A stretch of 64,000 nt of DNA from Bacteroidota bacterium (GCA_018268135.1 JAFDXD010000121.1:14953-78952); one strand, 5' to 3'. Positions 8,859-20,274 are shown, counted from the stretch's first letter. Program-made: numbers and translations. The notes: generated by a model from the letters alone, not told the origin.

Positions 8859-11800
8859 TTACTGTTTTATTATTTTTTGAGTAGTATGATTGTTTTCTGC
8901 ATCGGTGATGTTAATAAAATATATACCCTTAGCAAAAGCAGTAGCATCTACTGATACATTGCCATTACTTCCGGATGGGTTTATTTCTTTTATTATTTTT
9001 CCGGCAGCATCTGTAATGTTAATTTGTTTTATAGTGGTAGTGTTGGTAAAATGAATGGTAAAAATTCCATTTACCGGGTTGGGCACTACCCACAATTTTG
9101 TTTTTGTAAGCAGGTTTACATTGGCAATTTTTGAATAGCTGAAACTACCGTTGTCATTGATAAAACGCAGCCTGTAATAAGTGATACCTGCTCCGGGTTT
9201 TGTATCTATAAAATGATAAGATGCACTGCTGAGTGTGTTGGCAGCTACAGTACCGATTGCTGAAAATGTAACCTGGTCTGTTGATCGCTCTACAATATAA
9301 TTTTTAATATTTTGCTGCTGCTCTACCTCCCATGTAATGTTTACATTATCATCAGCGTTTTTGGTAGCAGTAAAATTGGTTAATGTTACCGGCAACACTA
9401 CCTGGTTTACCAGGAAGAAGGTAGAAAATCCTGTAAAGTTTGCGGAGAAAGAGTACCAGCTTCCATCAGAATTTGTAACCAGGGTTGGTGTAACTATTAC
9501 AGAGTTAGAGCTGGTGGCGCCTGCAATGGTACTGGCTGTGGTTTTACACAGGTTTACAGTAGATGGGTTTTTGCCCCCCATTTCGGCCACGGAGTAGTAA
9601 AGAGTTACATTGTAAGAGGTGCTTGCAATATTAGTAGATGGTGTAATTTTTATTGCTTTTTGCGAACGGGTACCACCCAAAAATGATGGCCAGGTATTAC
9701 CGGCATCTACTAACTGTGCATTTACGCATCCTAATGATGCACTGTTGTTTTTTAATTTAGCTATGAGCTTACCATCAGATGTTGCATAAAAATTTACCGT
9801 GGAGTTGGTTTCATTTACACTCCAGTCTCTTGTAGAAGACAGAGTGCTTTCAATAGCTGTTGGAGTAACATTTTGGGTAAAGGTAAACAAGGGGCGTGTT
9901 AAAGTATTTAATGCTACAAAAGCCTTGGTGCATCCGGTAGAAGCAGCGCCGGTTTTAGAGTAACTGGGTGCTGTAGGTGCGCCAGAGTATTGCCAGGAGT
10001 AACCTTGCACCTGATCATTTGCGGAGCCTGCAGCGCTATTGCCAAAGCAGGTTTGAATAACAATATTGCTTGTGCCATCCCAGGTAAATGTGGGTGAAAG
10101 TGCAAAATTATTTACACCGGTAACGGTAGAATAATTACCGTTATATACCTGAGTTAACGCTTCAGGTACAAAAGCTGTGCTTACATCTGCCGATGCAGTA
10201 TTGGCCATAGATATGGTAAATCCGGTAAATGGTATGGTTGAATTCTTTGTAGTTACATTCACAGAAAGATTGCTGATGGGTACATTGGGCCTTACTCCAA
10301 AAGCGGTAAGCTCTGCTGCTGTAATGATAAATTGCGAACGGCCTCTTTTGCTATCGCTTCTAAATGGAGAGGTAAGGTTGCTAACTACATAAGGCGCAAC
10401 ACCTAAGGCATGTGTTTCTGTACCACCTACTTCTTCAGGTTTATCATCATCAGTAATGTTTACCGTATAATCCAGAAAAACATTTGCTTTGGTAGCATTG
10501 CTGCCATTAGCTGCTACAGATGCAAGGTGCAATACAATATTTTCTGTAGGCTCAATATTACCATCATCATTAATAGTAAGAACAATATTTTGATTGCTGG
10601 CATCATTTGCTGCAAATGTAACGGTGGAATTATTGACCGTATAATCTACCCCGTTAGTAGCAGTGCCACCGGTAATACTAATTGTAGCTGTTGCATTGCC
10701 ACCTGTAGCGGCAGAGCTGATTTTTAAAGGTATGTTGATGGTTTTACTTGCGTTACAACCCGGCGCTGCTGCGGTTTCAGACACTACTGTTGCGGTACCT
10801 GCAAAACTAATTTGAGGTGTGCAGGGTACAAAATCTGCTCCAACACCTACTGCATACCAGGCCCTGGTAACAGCCTCTGTTTCGAGGCTGCAAGCGCCAT
10901 ACAAGGTTGTAGCCTGTGAAATGGTAGCCGATCTGCAGGCTGAATAGTCTGCAGAGCTTGTTAAAGATTGTTCTGCTGCAAATGTAATTAGCTCTGCTTT
11001 TACCCAATCTATGCCGGGTACAGAATAACTATTTCCTAAATCATTAGTGCCGGAGCCTCCGGATACTAATAAATAAAACCAATGGTTAAGTACTCCACTG
11101 TTGGTATGTACCCCACACTCATCATTACTATTGTTGGGGGTAGGGCAGCCTGTAGTGGTGGTTACCTGCCAGTTAGTACCAAGATAAGTATCTGGCTGAC
11201 CATAGGTTTTGGGGCTACTCATACTTCTTAAAGCGCCGCCGCCAATAGTAATTTCTTCGCCTAACAAGAAATATGATTTTGCTACTGCATCTACCTCGTG
11301 TGGGTCTCCAAAATGCTCTATAGATGCTCCCCAAATATCACTAAAGCCTTCATTCATGGCACCACTCTCTCTATTATAAGTAAGATTTGCTGTTGACTGG
11401 CATACACCATGCCCTATTTCGTGGCCGGTAACATCCAGGCTGGTTAAAGAAGAAAAACCTCCGGCAACATTGCTTCCATCACCATAAAACATGCTGTTTA
11501 TGCCTCCTCCGCCTTGCCAAAATGCATTGTCCCAATTTACATCGCCATGTACAAAAAGATTTAAAACACCATTGGCATTATCCCAGCTTAACCTTCCATG
11601 TCTTGTTTTCCAATAATCATATACTCTTTGTGCGCCCCATTGTGCATCAAATGCAGTATTATCAAAGTTAGAGTTTGCATATTCGGCAGCCGTCCAGCTA
11701 TTGTCTGCATCGGTAATTTCTGTAGAGGTGGCAATGGCATTATTAAATTGTGAAACGGTATTAAAAGTAGAAACCGCCTGATGATTGAGATTTCTGGTAT

Positions 11801-12671
11801 GAGTTGGGTATAGCTCTGTTGCAAGAGTAGCCTCTAACTGGTACTGACCTGCTACCTGCCGGGTAACCATATTGGTAACTATTCCACTGTAAATAGTTGC
11901 TGCAAGTGGTGATATGGACTGAGGAGAAAAAAATGATACCGTTTTAGCCGGCTCCACTTTTGTCTGTGGTAACAGGTTGTTATTAATTTTTTTATTATCA
12001 AAACAACCGGTATTGGTAGTTAAATTTTCAAACAATAAATCACCTGTAGCGGCATCAATGTACACTTCTTTAATGCTTAGCGCTTTTGTTCTCGAATCTA
12101 TTATAAATTTATAAGCAAGATGTACTTTGCCATCCAGCTCTTTTTGAAAATCATTTTCTACAAACACAAGCTCAGCTTTTGCTTTTACAGCATCAGAGGG
12201 TTCTGCACCATCTTCATAAATCCATGCTTTTGTTCTGGCAGCATCTTCTGAAAGTGTAGGCGTAATAGAAGTGTTGGCATCAATGGTATAAAAATCTCCC
12301 ATCATAAACGATACCCTGCCTTTTTTAGAAGTAATAACATAAGTACCATGCTCTACTTTTATACCTTTATAATATTGTTGATATTTTGAAATGGTAATAT
12401 CATTCACCTTATCATTGTCATCTTTTAAAAACCGCAACTCATCTGTACCATTTTTTAAGTTTAGATATTTTACAAACAACTGTTGTGCATCTGTTTTTTT
12501 AAAACTATTGGTTTCTTTAAACATTACTGAATAAGGAGCATCTGTCTTTCTATTATTTTCAATAGACTGTACTGCCAAATCATTTACCTGGCGAAATGTA
12601 CCCTGAGAAAATACGGAATTAGTTAGAATGCAACTAACAGTAAATAACATTATGGGTAATATTTTTTTCAT
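8859..12671 (-). CDS. Secreted multidomain M4 (thermolysin-family) zinc metallopeptidase with a Calx-beta-like domain and a T9SS C-terminal sorting domain
   Basis: HEIGH followed about 20 residues later by NEGFSDIWG (M4 signature). N-terminal propeptide-like region. Calx-beta-like GGTATNGVDYTV...TINDDGNIEPTE. C-terminal VVPNPVNGIFTIHF...GIYFINITD...KIIKQ sorting domain. Start moved to ATG 12671 (MKKILPIMLFTVSCILTNSVFSQ signal peptide) rather than the track start at 12776. Confidence 0.8.
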   Translation of the reverse strand: MKKILPIMLFTVSCILTNSVFSQGTFRQVNDLAVQSIENNRKTDAPYSVMFKETNSFKKTDAQQLFVKYLNLKNGTDELRFLKDDNDKVNDITISKYQQYYKGIKVEHGTYVITSKKGRVSFMMGDFYTIDANTSITPTLSEDAARTKAWIYEDGAEPSDAVKAKAELVFVENDFQKELDGKVHLAYKFIIDSRTKALSIKEVYIDAATGDLLFENLTTNTGCFDNKKINNNLLPQTKVEPAKTVSFFSPQSISPLAATIYSGIVTNMVTRQVAGQYQLEATLATELYPTHTRNLNHQAVSTFNTVSQFNNAIATSTEITDADNSWTAAEYANSNFDNTAFDAQWGAQRVYDYWKTRHGRLSWDNANGVLNLFVHGDVNWDNAFWQGGGGINSMFYGDGSNVAGGFSSLTSLDVTGHEIGHGVCQSTANLTYNRESGAMNEGFSDIWGASIEHFGDPHEVDAVAKSYFLLGEEITIGGGALRSMSSPKTYGQPDTYLGTNWQVTTTTGCPTPNNSNDECGVHTNSGVLNHWFYLLVSGGSGTNDLGNSYSVPGIDWVKAELITFAAEQSLTSSADYSACRSATISQATTLYGACSLETEAVTRAWYAVGVGADFVPCTPQISFAGTATVVSETAAAPGCNASKTINIPLKISSAATGGNATATISITGGTATNGVDYTVNNSTVTFAANDASNQNIVLTINDDGNIEPTENIVLHLASVAANGSNATKANVFLDYTVNITDDDKPEEVGGTETHALGVAPYVVSNLTSPFRSDSKRGRSQFIITAAELTAFGVRPNVPISNLSVNVTTKNSTIPFTGFTISMANTASADVSTAFVPEALTQVYNGNYSTVTGVNNFALSPTFTWDGTSNIVIQTCFGNSAAGSANDQVQGYSWQYSGAPTAPSYSKTGAASTGCTKAFVALNTLTRPLFTFTQNVTPTAIESTLSSTRDWSVNETNSTVNFYATSDGKLIAKLKNNSASLGCVNAQLVDAGNTWPSFLGGTRSQKAIKITPSTNIASTSYNVTLYYSVAEMGGKNPSTVNLCKTTASTIAGATSSNSVIVTPTLVTNSDGSWYSFSANFTGFSTFFLVNQVVLPVTLTNFTATKNADDNVNITWEVEQQQNIKNYIVERSTDQVTFSAIGTVAANTLSSASYHFIDTKPGAGITYYRLRFINDNGSFSYSKIANVNLLTKTKLWVVPNPVNGIFTIHFTNTTTIKQINITDAAGKIIKEINPSGSNGNVSVDATAFAKGIYFINITDAENNHTTQKIIKQ

Positions 12672-12780
12672 AAAAAGAAGTTTTGGAAAATTGATATATT
12701 GAAAATAAATATAAGAAAAATAGGCAATAAAATATTTTATTTTAAGCACTGCCATTAATTTTTCAAGTATTAGCATGAAT

Positions 12781-12810
12781 AAAAAAAGCTACCTCTTTTG
12801 GGAGATAGCT
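12781..12810 (-). terminator. Rho-independent terminator after the NifU-family gene
   Basis: On the minus strand: agctatctc...gaggtagct stem (one mismatch) followed by TTTTTTTATT. Confidence 0.55.
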
Positions 12811-12833
12811 TGTATAAATATTTGATAAATAAA

Positions 12834-13433
12834 TTATTCCGACTCAGCTACAACTTCTTTTACTTCTGGTATCATGCGTTTCATCATTCCTTCAATACCT
12901 GCTTTTAAGGTAATAGTGCTTGAGGGGCAACCGCTGCAACTTCCCTGCATGGTAAGATTTACGGTACCGTTTTCATAGCTTTTAAATTGAATAGCTCCTC
13001 CATCCATTTCTACAGCCGGTTTTACATAGTTTTCTAAAAGCTCTTTTATGCGTTTTACTACATCATCATCATCAGCGCTTACAGTATTGCTGCTTTCAGT
13101 TTTCATAGTGGCTACTTCATCATCATTCACTACCACTTTGCCATCTTCTAAATATTCTTTTAAAAACTGCTTTACCGCTGGTATTACATCCTGCCAGTCA
13201 TCAGTTTCACTGGTTTTGGTAAGGGTAATAAAATTACTGGCAATAAATACCGATTTTATAAATGGGAAACTAAAAAGCTCCTGAGCCAGTGGCGATGGTT
13301 TGGCGCTTGCCTCATCGGCAAAATCAATGCTCTTGCCGGGGTACAATAATTTGTTTGCCACAAACTTCATCGTTTCAGGGTTGGGAGTCATTTCGGTATA
13401 GATACTAATTACCGGGTTGCCTGTTTTAATCAT
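12834..13433 (-). CDS. NifU/Nfu-family Fe-S cluster assembly protein
   Basis: 199 aa. Nfu N-terminal-like region plus a C-terminal NifU domain with the CSGCPSS motif. Confidence 0.75.
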   Translation of the reverse strand: MIKTGNPVISIYTEMTPNPETMKFVANKLLYPGKSIDFADEASAKPSPLAQELFSFPFIKSVFIASNFITLTKTSETDDWQDVIPAVKQFLKEYLEDGKVVVNDDEVATMKTESSNTVSADDDDVVKRIKELLENYVKPAVEMDGGAIQFKSYENGTVNLTMQGSCSGCPSSTITLKAGIEGMMKRMIPEVKEVVAESE

Positions 13434-13637
13434 CTTTAATACATTTAATATAATTGCAAATTTAACTTAAGTTATGTTTAATTTTACTAACTTTAGAGTC
13501 AAATCAGCCGTTTTTAACGCATTATTTCTAATTTCGGAAATAATAAAACCAAGTAGCTTCAATATTTGCTACACCTCTGTCTACTTATCCTTTCGATAAT
13601 CGCCCCCCTTTGATGTAATGAATTAAAATTTCAGGTT

Positions 13638-14432
13638 ATGAAAGCTAAACAGTTGTTTATTGTAATGGCAGCTTTATTTTTTGCAAATCAATTATTTGCC
13701 CAAAGGGTAAAGCGAAAAGGTACTATGCCCATTGATGTTACTAAAAATGTAGCAAAATCTTCGCCTACTTTTATGCTTACCCAGGTGCAGGGCAAATGGC
13801 AGGAATACAGCCGTACGGATATTTTAAATAATCAAAAAACCAATTTTGCAGACACCCTCATGCTTACTATCAATAACAATAATGCCGAAGTAAAAGAAGG
13901 GATGAGTATGACTATGAAAGGCGAAGCGGCCATTGAAAGCAGAAACGAATTGTATGTAGCCGGCGATAGTTATTCAATTGTGTCAATATCAGACTCGCAA
14001 CTGGTACTAAATGATGGCGAATATTTTAAAACTTTAAAACAGGTGCCTTTCTTTTATCTTGAAACCGTAGGAAAAGATTCTGTAAAACAAGTGGCATATT
14101 CTTTTCCAAAAAATGTTTTAATGTCAGATATTTTAGGCACATGGCAGGTATATAAAAAAGAAGCCAAACCCGGTATCATAAATAAAAACACTTGCCTGGT
14201 AAATACTATTTCTATAATAAAAAATTCCAATCAGAATATAGCCACAGGCGAAATAACTATGAGTATTGATAATGTGTCGCAAAAATATCCCTGTACTTTT
14301 ATTTTAAAAGACAGTACACTGCAAATACTTGCCAATAATCAAACACTAAATTTTAATACCTACCAGGCAGCAAATGGTGAGTTTATTTTTGGCGATAAAA
14401 ACCAGGTGTTGAATTTTGCAAAAAAGAATTAA
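13638..14432 (+). CDS. Hypothetical secreted protein
   Basis: 264 aa. Signal peptide MKAKQLFIVMAALFFANQLFAQ. No recognisable catalytic motif. Confidence 0.45.
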   Translation: MKAKQLFIVMAALFFANQLFAQRVKRKGTMPIDVTKNVAKSSPTFMLTQVQGKWQEYSRTDILNNQKTNFADTLMLTINNNNAEVKEGMSMTMKGEAAIESRNELYVAGDSYSIVSISDSQLVLNDGEYFKTLKQVPFFYLETVGKDSVKQVAYSFPKNVLMSDILGTWQVYKKEAKPGIINKNTCLVNTISIIKNSNQNIATGEITMSIDNVSQKYPCTFILKDSTLQILANNQTLNFNTYQAANGEFIFGDKNQVLNFAKKN

Positions 14433-14434
14433 GC

Positions 14435-16780
14435 TTATTCCACTATTCGCAATTTTGCATAATTAAGCATTATTTTTTTTTCACCATTGTTATCAAATAC
14501 AATTGTTGCTACGGGGTTGTGTGCAGAGCCATCTATTTTTGATACCAGGCCATAGCCAAATTTTTGATGTTCTACCTTTTGGCCCTGTTGCAATTTGCTT
14601 GTATCGCTGGCTACAAAATTTTCAGAAGGGGTATGCTCTTTTACCTGTGGCCTGGCTGCAATAGAACTTAAAATTGATTTTTTATTTTCGGTATGTGTGG
14701 TACTATGTACTGGAGGTTCTGCTGATCTTCCAAACCCACGATGCATTCTTTCGTAAGCGCTGCCTGCAGCCCACCCGGTACTAGCATTATTTTTTGCTGC
14801 CACACCTGCATAGCTCCGGTCTAAATATTGCTCAGGCATTTCATCTATAAACCTGCTGGGCTCATTTTGTTGCAATTGTCCAAAGCGATAGCGGGCATTG
14901 CTAAAGCTTAAAAATAATTTTTGCTTAGCCCTTGTAATGGCTACATAAAATAACCTGCGCTCTTCTTCCAGCTCTTCTCTGGTATTAATGCTCATGGCAT
15001 TCGGAAACAAGGTCTCTTCTAACCCTCCTACAAATATTACCGGAAATTCTAACCCCTTTGCGGCATGTATGGTCATTAGCTTTACCACATCCTGGTTTTC
15101 TTTATCTTCATTATCGGCATCTGTAAGCAATACTATTTGTTGTAAATAAGCGCCAAGCCCCTTATCGCCCACTTCTCCATCTTCTTCATTCAGGGGGGTT
15201 TCTGTAAACTCTTTAATACTGTTCAGCAATTCCTGAACATTCTCATACCGGGCAAGCCCTTCAGTTGTTTTATCATTAAACAACTCTTTTACTATGCCGG
15301 TGCTTTTGCCCACTATTACCGCTAAGTCGTAAGCATTTTTTTTATTTAATTCGCTTTGAAACATTTTAATACTGGTTACAAAGCCATCTATACTCTCAAG
15401 CGTGCCACTCCTAAAACCATAAAGCGCTGCATTGCTGATAACTTCCCATAAGGTTAAGTTATTTTCATTGGCATATAACACAGCCTTGTCAATGCTGGTT
15501 TTTCCAATACCCCTTGCCGGGTAGTTGATAATTCGCTTTAGGGCTTCTTCGTCTTTTGTGTTTACTATCAACCTTAGGTAAGCAATAAAATCTTTTACTT
15601 CCTTACGTTGGTAAAAACTCATACCACCATATATGCGATAGGCAATCCCCAGGCGGCGCAGCGCTTCTTCAAAGCTGCGGCTTTGAGCATTGGTACGGTA
15701 TAAAATGGCAAAATCTTTATTAAAAAAATGATTGCGAAGTTTATTTTCTTTAATGGTATCTGCCACCATTTTTCCTTCGTCATTATCCGTCATGGTGCGG
15801 ATGAGTTTTATCTTTTCTCCTTCTTCATTGGTGGTAAACAAGGTCTTTTCTATCTGCCCTTTATTATTGCTGATAATTTCGTTGGCTACCTTTAAAATAT
15901 TTTGAGTGCTTCTATAATTCTGTTCCAGCTTTACCACTTTTACATCGTCATAGTCTTTTTGAAATTGTAATATATTTTCGATAGTTGCTCCCCTGAAACT
16001 ATAAATGCTTTGTGCATCATCGCCTACCACACACACGTTTTCATGCATGGCTCCCAGCAGTTTTATTATTTCATATTGGGCAGGGTTGGTATCCTGGTAC
16101 TCATCTATTAAAATGTATTTAAATTTTCGCTGGTACTTACTCAGCGCCTCTGGGTGGTTTTTTAAAAGAAGATAAAATTTGTACAGTAAATCATCAAAAT
16201 CCATTGCGCCGTTTTTAAAACAACGCCTGGCATACGCTTCGTAAATCTGTGCCAGCATTGGCCTGTTAGCTCGGGCATCTTCTTGTTGCAATATGCCGTC
16301 ATTCGCATATTCTGCCGAGCCAATCAATGCATTTTTTGCCGCCGAAATGCGGTTGTACACAGTATTTGGCTTGTACTGCTTATCATCCAGGCTCATTTCA
16401 TTTACCACTGTTTTTACTACACTTTTTGCATCATCAGTATCATATATGGTAAAATTATTGGGATAACCAATTTTGCCTGCTTCGGCTCTTAATATCCTGG
16501 CAAACACACTGTGAAAAGTACCAACGTATAAATTCCTGGCTTCGCTATTGCCCAGTATCCGCTCTATTCTTTCTTTCATTTCGGCGGCAGCCTTGTTGGT
16601 AAATGTGAGCGCAAGAATGTTGAATGCATCAATATTATGAGCGCTCATTAAGTGGGTAATACGGGTAGTAAGCACTTTTGTTTTACCACTACCTGCTCCG
16701 GCAATTATCATGATAGGACCATCCTTATGTAGTACGGCTTCTTTTTGCGGTTCATTTAATTCATCTAAATACTTTGGCAT
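14435..16780 (-). CDS. UvrD/PcrA/Rep-family ATP-dependent DNA helicase
   Basis: 781 aa. Walker A AGAGSGKTKVLT, plus DEYQDTN and YRS/QNYRST helicase motifs. Confidence 0.85.
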   Translation of the reverse strand: MPKYLDELNEPQKEAVLHKDGPIMIIAGAGSGKTKVLTTRITHLMSAHNIDAFNILALTFTNKAAAEMKERIERILGNSEARNLYVGTFHSVFARILRAEAGKIGYPNNFTIYDTDDAKSVVKTVVNEMSLDDKQYKPNTVYNRISAAKNALIGSAEYANDGILQQEDARANRPMLAQIYEAYARRCFKNGAMDFDDLLYKFYLLLKNHPEALSKYQRKFKYILIDEYQDTNPAQYEIIKLLGAMHENVCVVGDDAQSIYSFRGATIENILQFQKDYDDVKVVKLEQNYRSTQNILKVANEIISNNKGQIEKTLFTTNEEGEKIKLIRTMTDNDEGKMVADTIKENKLRNHFFNKDFAILYRTNAQSRSFEEALRRLGIAYRIYGGMSFYQRKEVKDFIAYLRLIVNTKDEEALKRIINYPARGIGKTSIDKAVLYANENNLTLWEVISNAALYGFRSGTLESIDGFVTSIKMFQSELNKKNAYDLAVIVGKSTGIVKELFNDKTTEGLARYENVQELLNSIKEFTETPLNEEDGEVGDKGLGAYLQQIVLLTDADNEDKENQDVVKLMTIHAAKGLEFPVIFVGGLEETLFPNAMSINTREELEEERRLFYVAITRAKQKLFLSFSNARYRFGQLQQNEPSRFIDEMPEQYLDRSYAGVAAKNNASTGWAAGSAYERMHRGFGRSAEPPVHSTTHTENKKSILSSIAARPQVKEHTPSENFVASDTSKLQQGQKVEHQKFGYGLVSKIDGSAHNPVATIVFDNNGEKKIMLNYAKLRIVE

Positions 16781-16927
16781 GTTGCAAAGGTAATTTTTAT
16801 GCAGGTCTTTATTTCAGCAATAATATTTTCTTTTAATAATGTGGGAAAACTTATTCGGGCTTTAACTTCTTTTTTTTAAAGGTTGGTAACCATTTTAAAT
16901 GCAATTTTGCAGGATTGAACTTTGCAA

Positions 16928-18151
16928 ATGAGTACAAATAAAAAAGCAGCCATAGGGTTTATTTTTATTACATTAATGATTGATGTAACAGGGCTTGGTA
17001 TTATCATTCCGGTATTACCACAATTGATTGAGCAATTAATTCATGGCACAGTAAGTGAAGCATCTAAGTATGGCGGCTGGCTTACCGGAATGTATGCCAT
17101 TATGCAGTTTTTGTTTTCTCCAATTATCGGCGGCCTTAGCGATCAGTATGGCCGCAGGCCGATACTGCTTATCTCTTTGCTGGGGTTTGCACTCGATTAT
17201 TTATTTCTTTCATTTGCGCCAACTATTGGATGGCTGTTTGTAGGCAGGGCAATAGCCGGAATAACCGGCGCAAGCTTTACTACAGCTACTGCGTATATTG
17301 CCGATATTAGCAATAACGATAACCGGGCACAAAATTTTGGAATGGTAGGCGCCGCTTTTGGAGTAGGGTTTATCATTGGCCCGGTAATAGGCGGGCTACT
17401 TGGTACCCTGGGCGCAAGAGTGCCCTTTATGTTTGCCGCAGGGCTCACCTTTCTAAATTTTTTATATGGCTATTTTCTTTTGCCCGAATCATTAAGTATG
17501 CAAAACCGTAGGGCGTTTAACAAGAGTACAGCAGTGCCGGGCCTCTCCTTACTGAAATTAAAAAAATACCCGGCGCTTGGAGGCCTTATTATTTCTTATT
17601 TTTTAATTTATGTAGCCTCTCACGCAGTACAAAGCAACTGGAGTTTTTTTGGGATAGAAAAATTTGGCTGGAGCACTAAAACCATTGGTATTTCACTGGG
17701 TGTAGTAGGCTTATTGGTAGGCCTGGTACAAGGAGGCTTAATAAGGTATGTAAACCCCAGGCTGGGAAATGAAAAAAGTATCTATACAGGATTATTTCTT
17801 TATTCATTGGGCTTGTTATTATTTGCTTTTGCCACCCAAAGCTGGATGATGTTTGTATTTTTAATTCCTTATTGCCTTGGTGGTATTGCAGGCCCTGCTT
17901 TACAGTCTATAATTTCAGTAAGCGTACCTGCAAATGAACAAGGAGAGTTGCAGGGTGCCCTTACAAGCCTGGTAAGTGTTTCGGCAATGATTGGCCCCCC
18001 ATTAATGACCGGCTTGTTTTCTTATTTTACGGGGCCAAAAGCGCCTACCCATTTTGCCGGAATTTCTTTTTTTGCAGGGGGTATTTTAATGCTGATGAGC
18101 GCAGTAATTGCTTTTAGAGCATTGCATCCGGCAAGGCTTAAGCATGTTTAG
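16928..18151 (+). CDS. MFS transporter, TetA/TCR-like drug:H+ antiporter family
   Basis: About 12 TM segments. [17 protein letters not shown] motif. ATG at 16928 preferred over the TTG at 16922 used in the track. Confidence 0.7.
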   Translation: MSTNKKAAIGFIFITLMIDVTGLGIIIPVLPQLIEQLIHGTVSEASKYGGWLTGMYAIMQFLFSPIIGGLSDQYGRRPILLISLLGFALDYLFLSFAPTIGWLFVGRAIAGITGASFTTATAYIADISNNDNRAQNFGMVGAAFGVGFIIGPVIGGLLGTLGARVPFMFAAGLTFLNFLYGYFLLPESLSMQNRRAFNKSTAVPGLSLLKLKKYPALGGLIISYFLIYVASHAVQSNWSFFGIEKFGWSTKTIGISLGVVGLLVGLVQGGLIRYVNPRLGNEKSIYTGLFLYSLGLLLFAFATQSWMMFVFLIPYCLGGIAGPALQSIISVSVPANEQGELQGALTSLVSVSAMIGPPLMTGLFSYFTGPKAPTHFAGISFFAGGILMLMSAVIAFRALHPARLKHV

Positions 18152-18215
18152 AAAAATTAAGCTTCTAATAAAAAAAATTCTGCATTGTTTAAAGGATTAA
18201 ATAGAAATTCGCAGT

Positions 18216-20249
18216 ATGCAATTCTTACAACGTGATATTCCTACAGTAAAATTAATAGAGCTATACAAAAATATTTTACTTCCCCGGATGATTGAAGAAA
18301 AAATGCTGCTGTTGCTGAGGCAGGGGAAAATATCAAAATGGTTTAGCGGTATTGGCCAGGAGGCTATTTCAGTAGGAGCTACGGCTGCCATGCAACAAGA
18401 TGAGTGGATGATGCCTTTGCACAGAAATCTGGGCGTATTTACCGGCAGAAAAATGCCGCTCCATAAATTATTTATGCAATGGCAGGGAAATAAAGAGGGA
18501 TATAGTAATGGGCGGGAAAGAAGTTTTCACTTTGGAAGTAAAGAACATTATGTATGTGGTATGATATCGCACCTGGGTCCGCAACTTGCCCTTGCCGATG
18601 GTGTAGCCCTTGCTTATAAATTAAAAGATCAGCAAAAAGCATCACTGGCATTTACCGGCGATGGCGGCACCAGCGAAGGAGATTTTCATGAAGCGCTTAA
18701 TACTGCCGCAGTGTGGAACCTGCCGGTTATTTTTATTATTGAAAACAATGGGTATGGCCTTAGTACTCCGGTAAATGAGCAATACCGATGCAAAAACCTG
18801 GTAGATAAGGCCATTGGATATGGTATGGAAGGCGTGCAAATTGATGGCAATAATATACTTACTGTGTACGACACCATTAAAGGAGTAAGAGAGTATTGCA
18901 TCAAGCATCAAAAACCTTATTTAATAGAATGCATGACTTTTAGAATGCGTGGGCACGAAGAAGCAAGCGGTACTAAATATGTGCCGCCACACTTGTTTGA
19001 ACAATGGGAGAAAAAAGACCCTGTACACAATTTTGAAGCCTGGCTTTTAAGTGAAAACTTTCTTACACAGGATGAAATAAATACCATTAAATCTGGTATT
19101 AAAATTTACATTGATTCAGAATTAGAATTAGCTTCTAAAGCAGCAGCATTGGTACCCGATGCTAAAGAAGAAATGAATGATGTATATGCCCAAAGGCATA
19201 CGCCATTAGTTGTATTACCTGGTAATGATTCCAAAATTCAAAAAGGAAGATTTGCATCGAGAATTGAAAATTCTGCAACTCATACTACAGAAAAAAAATT
19301 CATCAATGCCATTAGCGATGCTCTGAAGCAATCCATGCAAGCGCATCCCAATTTAATTTTAATGGGGCAGGATATTGCTGAATATGGAGGTGCTTTTAAA
19401 GTAACTGAAGGTTTTGTAGAGTTGTTTGGAAAAGACAGGGTACGCAATACCCCCCTTTGCGAAAGTGCTATTGTGGGCACTGCACTTGGGTTAAGCTTAG
19501 AAGGCTACAAAGCAGTGATGGAAATGCAATTTGCAGATTTTGTAACCGTTGGATTTAATCAAATAATAAATAACCTGGCAAAAATTCACTACCGGTGGGG
19601 GCAAAACGCAGATGTGGTAATTAGGATGCCTGCCGGCGGAGGAGTAGGTGCAGGCCCCTTTCATAGCCAAACCAACGAAGCATGGTTTACACATACTCCG
19701 GGGTTAAAAGTGGTATATCCTTCTTCGCCGGAAGATGCAAAAGGTTTGTTGATAGCCGCTATAAATGACCCCAACCCGGTAATGTTTTTTGAACATAAAG
19801 CTTTGTACAGGAGTATTAGCAGCCCTGTGCCGGATGCGTATTTTGAAATAGAAATTGGCAAAGCAAAACATATTCAACAAGGGCAGGATATTTCCATTAT
19901 TACTTATGGTGCAGGCGTACATTGGGCTTTAGATTATGCCAAAAATCACCCGGAGGTTTCTATTGATTTACTCGACCTTCGTACATTGCTCCCTTTAGAT
20001 TATGATGCAATAAAAGCGACTGTGAGCCGTACCGGAAAAATAATAGTACTGCATGAAGATTCTTTAACAGGTGGTATAGGTGGCGAAATTGCAGCCTGGA
20101 TTGGAGAAAATTGTTTTGATTTACTGGATGCCCCGGTATTGCGCTGTGCCAGCATGGATACTCCCATCCCCTTTAATGTAGCGCTCGAAAAAAATTACAT
20201 GGCTTACAGCAGGCTACATGCAGTAATTAGCAAACTGATGCAATACTAA
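18216..20249 (+). CDS. 2-oxoacid dehydrogenase E1 component, fused alpha/beta subunits (TPP-dependent)
   Basis: 677 aa. The N-terminal half has the E1-alpha TPP motif (GDGGTSEGDFHEALN...NNGYG). The C-terminal half is E1-beta/transketolase-like (MGQDIAEYGGAFKVT). Confidence 0.8.
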   Translation: MQFLQRDIPTVKLIELYKNILLPRMIEEKMLLLLRQGKISKWFSGIGQEAISVGATAAMQQDEWMMPLHRNLGVFTGRKMPLHKLFMQWQGNKEGYSNGRERSFHFGSKEHYVCGMISHLGPQLALADGVALAYKLKDQQKASLAFTGDGGTSEGDFHEALNTAAVWNLPVIFIIENNGYGLSTPVNEQYRCKNLVDKAIGYGMEGVQIDGNNILTVYDTIKGVREYCIKHQKPYLIECMTFRMRGHEEASGTKYVPPHLFEQWEKKDPVHNFEAWLLSENFLTQDEINTIKSGIKIYIDSELELASKAAALVPDAKEEMNDVYAQRHTPLVVLPGNDSKIQKGRFASRIENSATHTTEKKFINAISDALKQSMQAHPNLILMGQDIAEYGGAFKVTEGFVELFGKDRVRNTPLCESAIVGTALGLSLEGYKAVMEMQFADFVTVGFNQIINNLAKIHYRWGQNADVVIRMPAGGGVGAGPFHSQTNEAWFTHTPGLKVVYPSSPEDAKGLLIAAINDPNPVMFFEHKALYRSISSPVPDAYFEIEIGKAKHIQQGQDISIITYGAGVHWALDYAKNHPEVSIDLLDLRTLLPLDYDAIKATVSRTGKIIVLHEDSLTGGIGGEIAAWIGENCFDLLDAPVLRCASMDTPIPFNVALEKNYMAYSRLHAVISKLMQY

Positions 20250-20274
20250 CATTAATGCCTATGCGATATTTTTT

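Noticed and set aside
12672-12776. N-terminal 35-codon extension of the M4 peptidase ORF
   Set aside because: The extension (MLILEKLMAVLKIKYFIAYFSY...) is AT-rich spacer translated in frame. The ATG at 12671 gives a canonical signal peptide.
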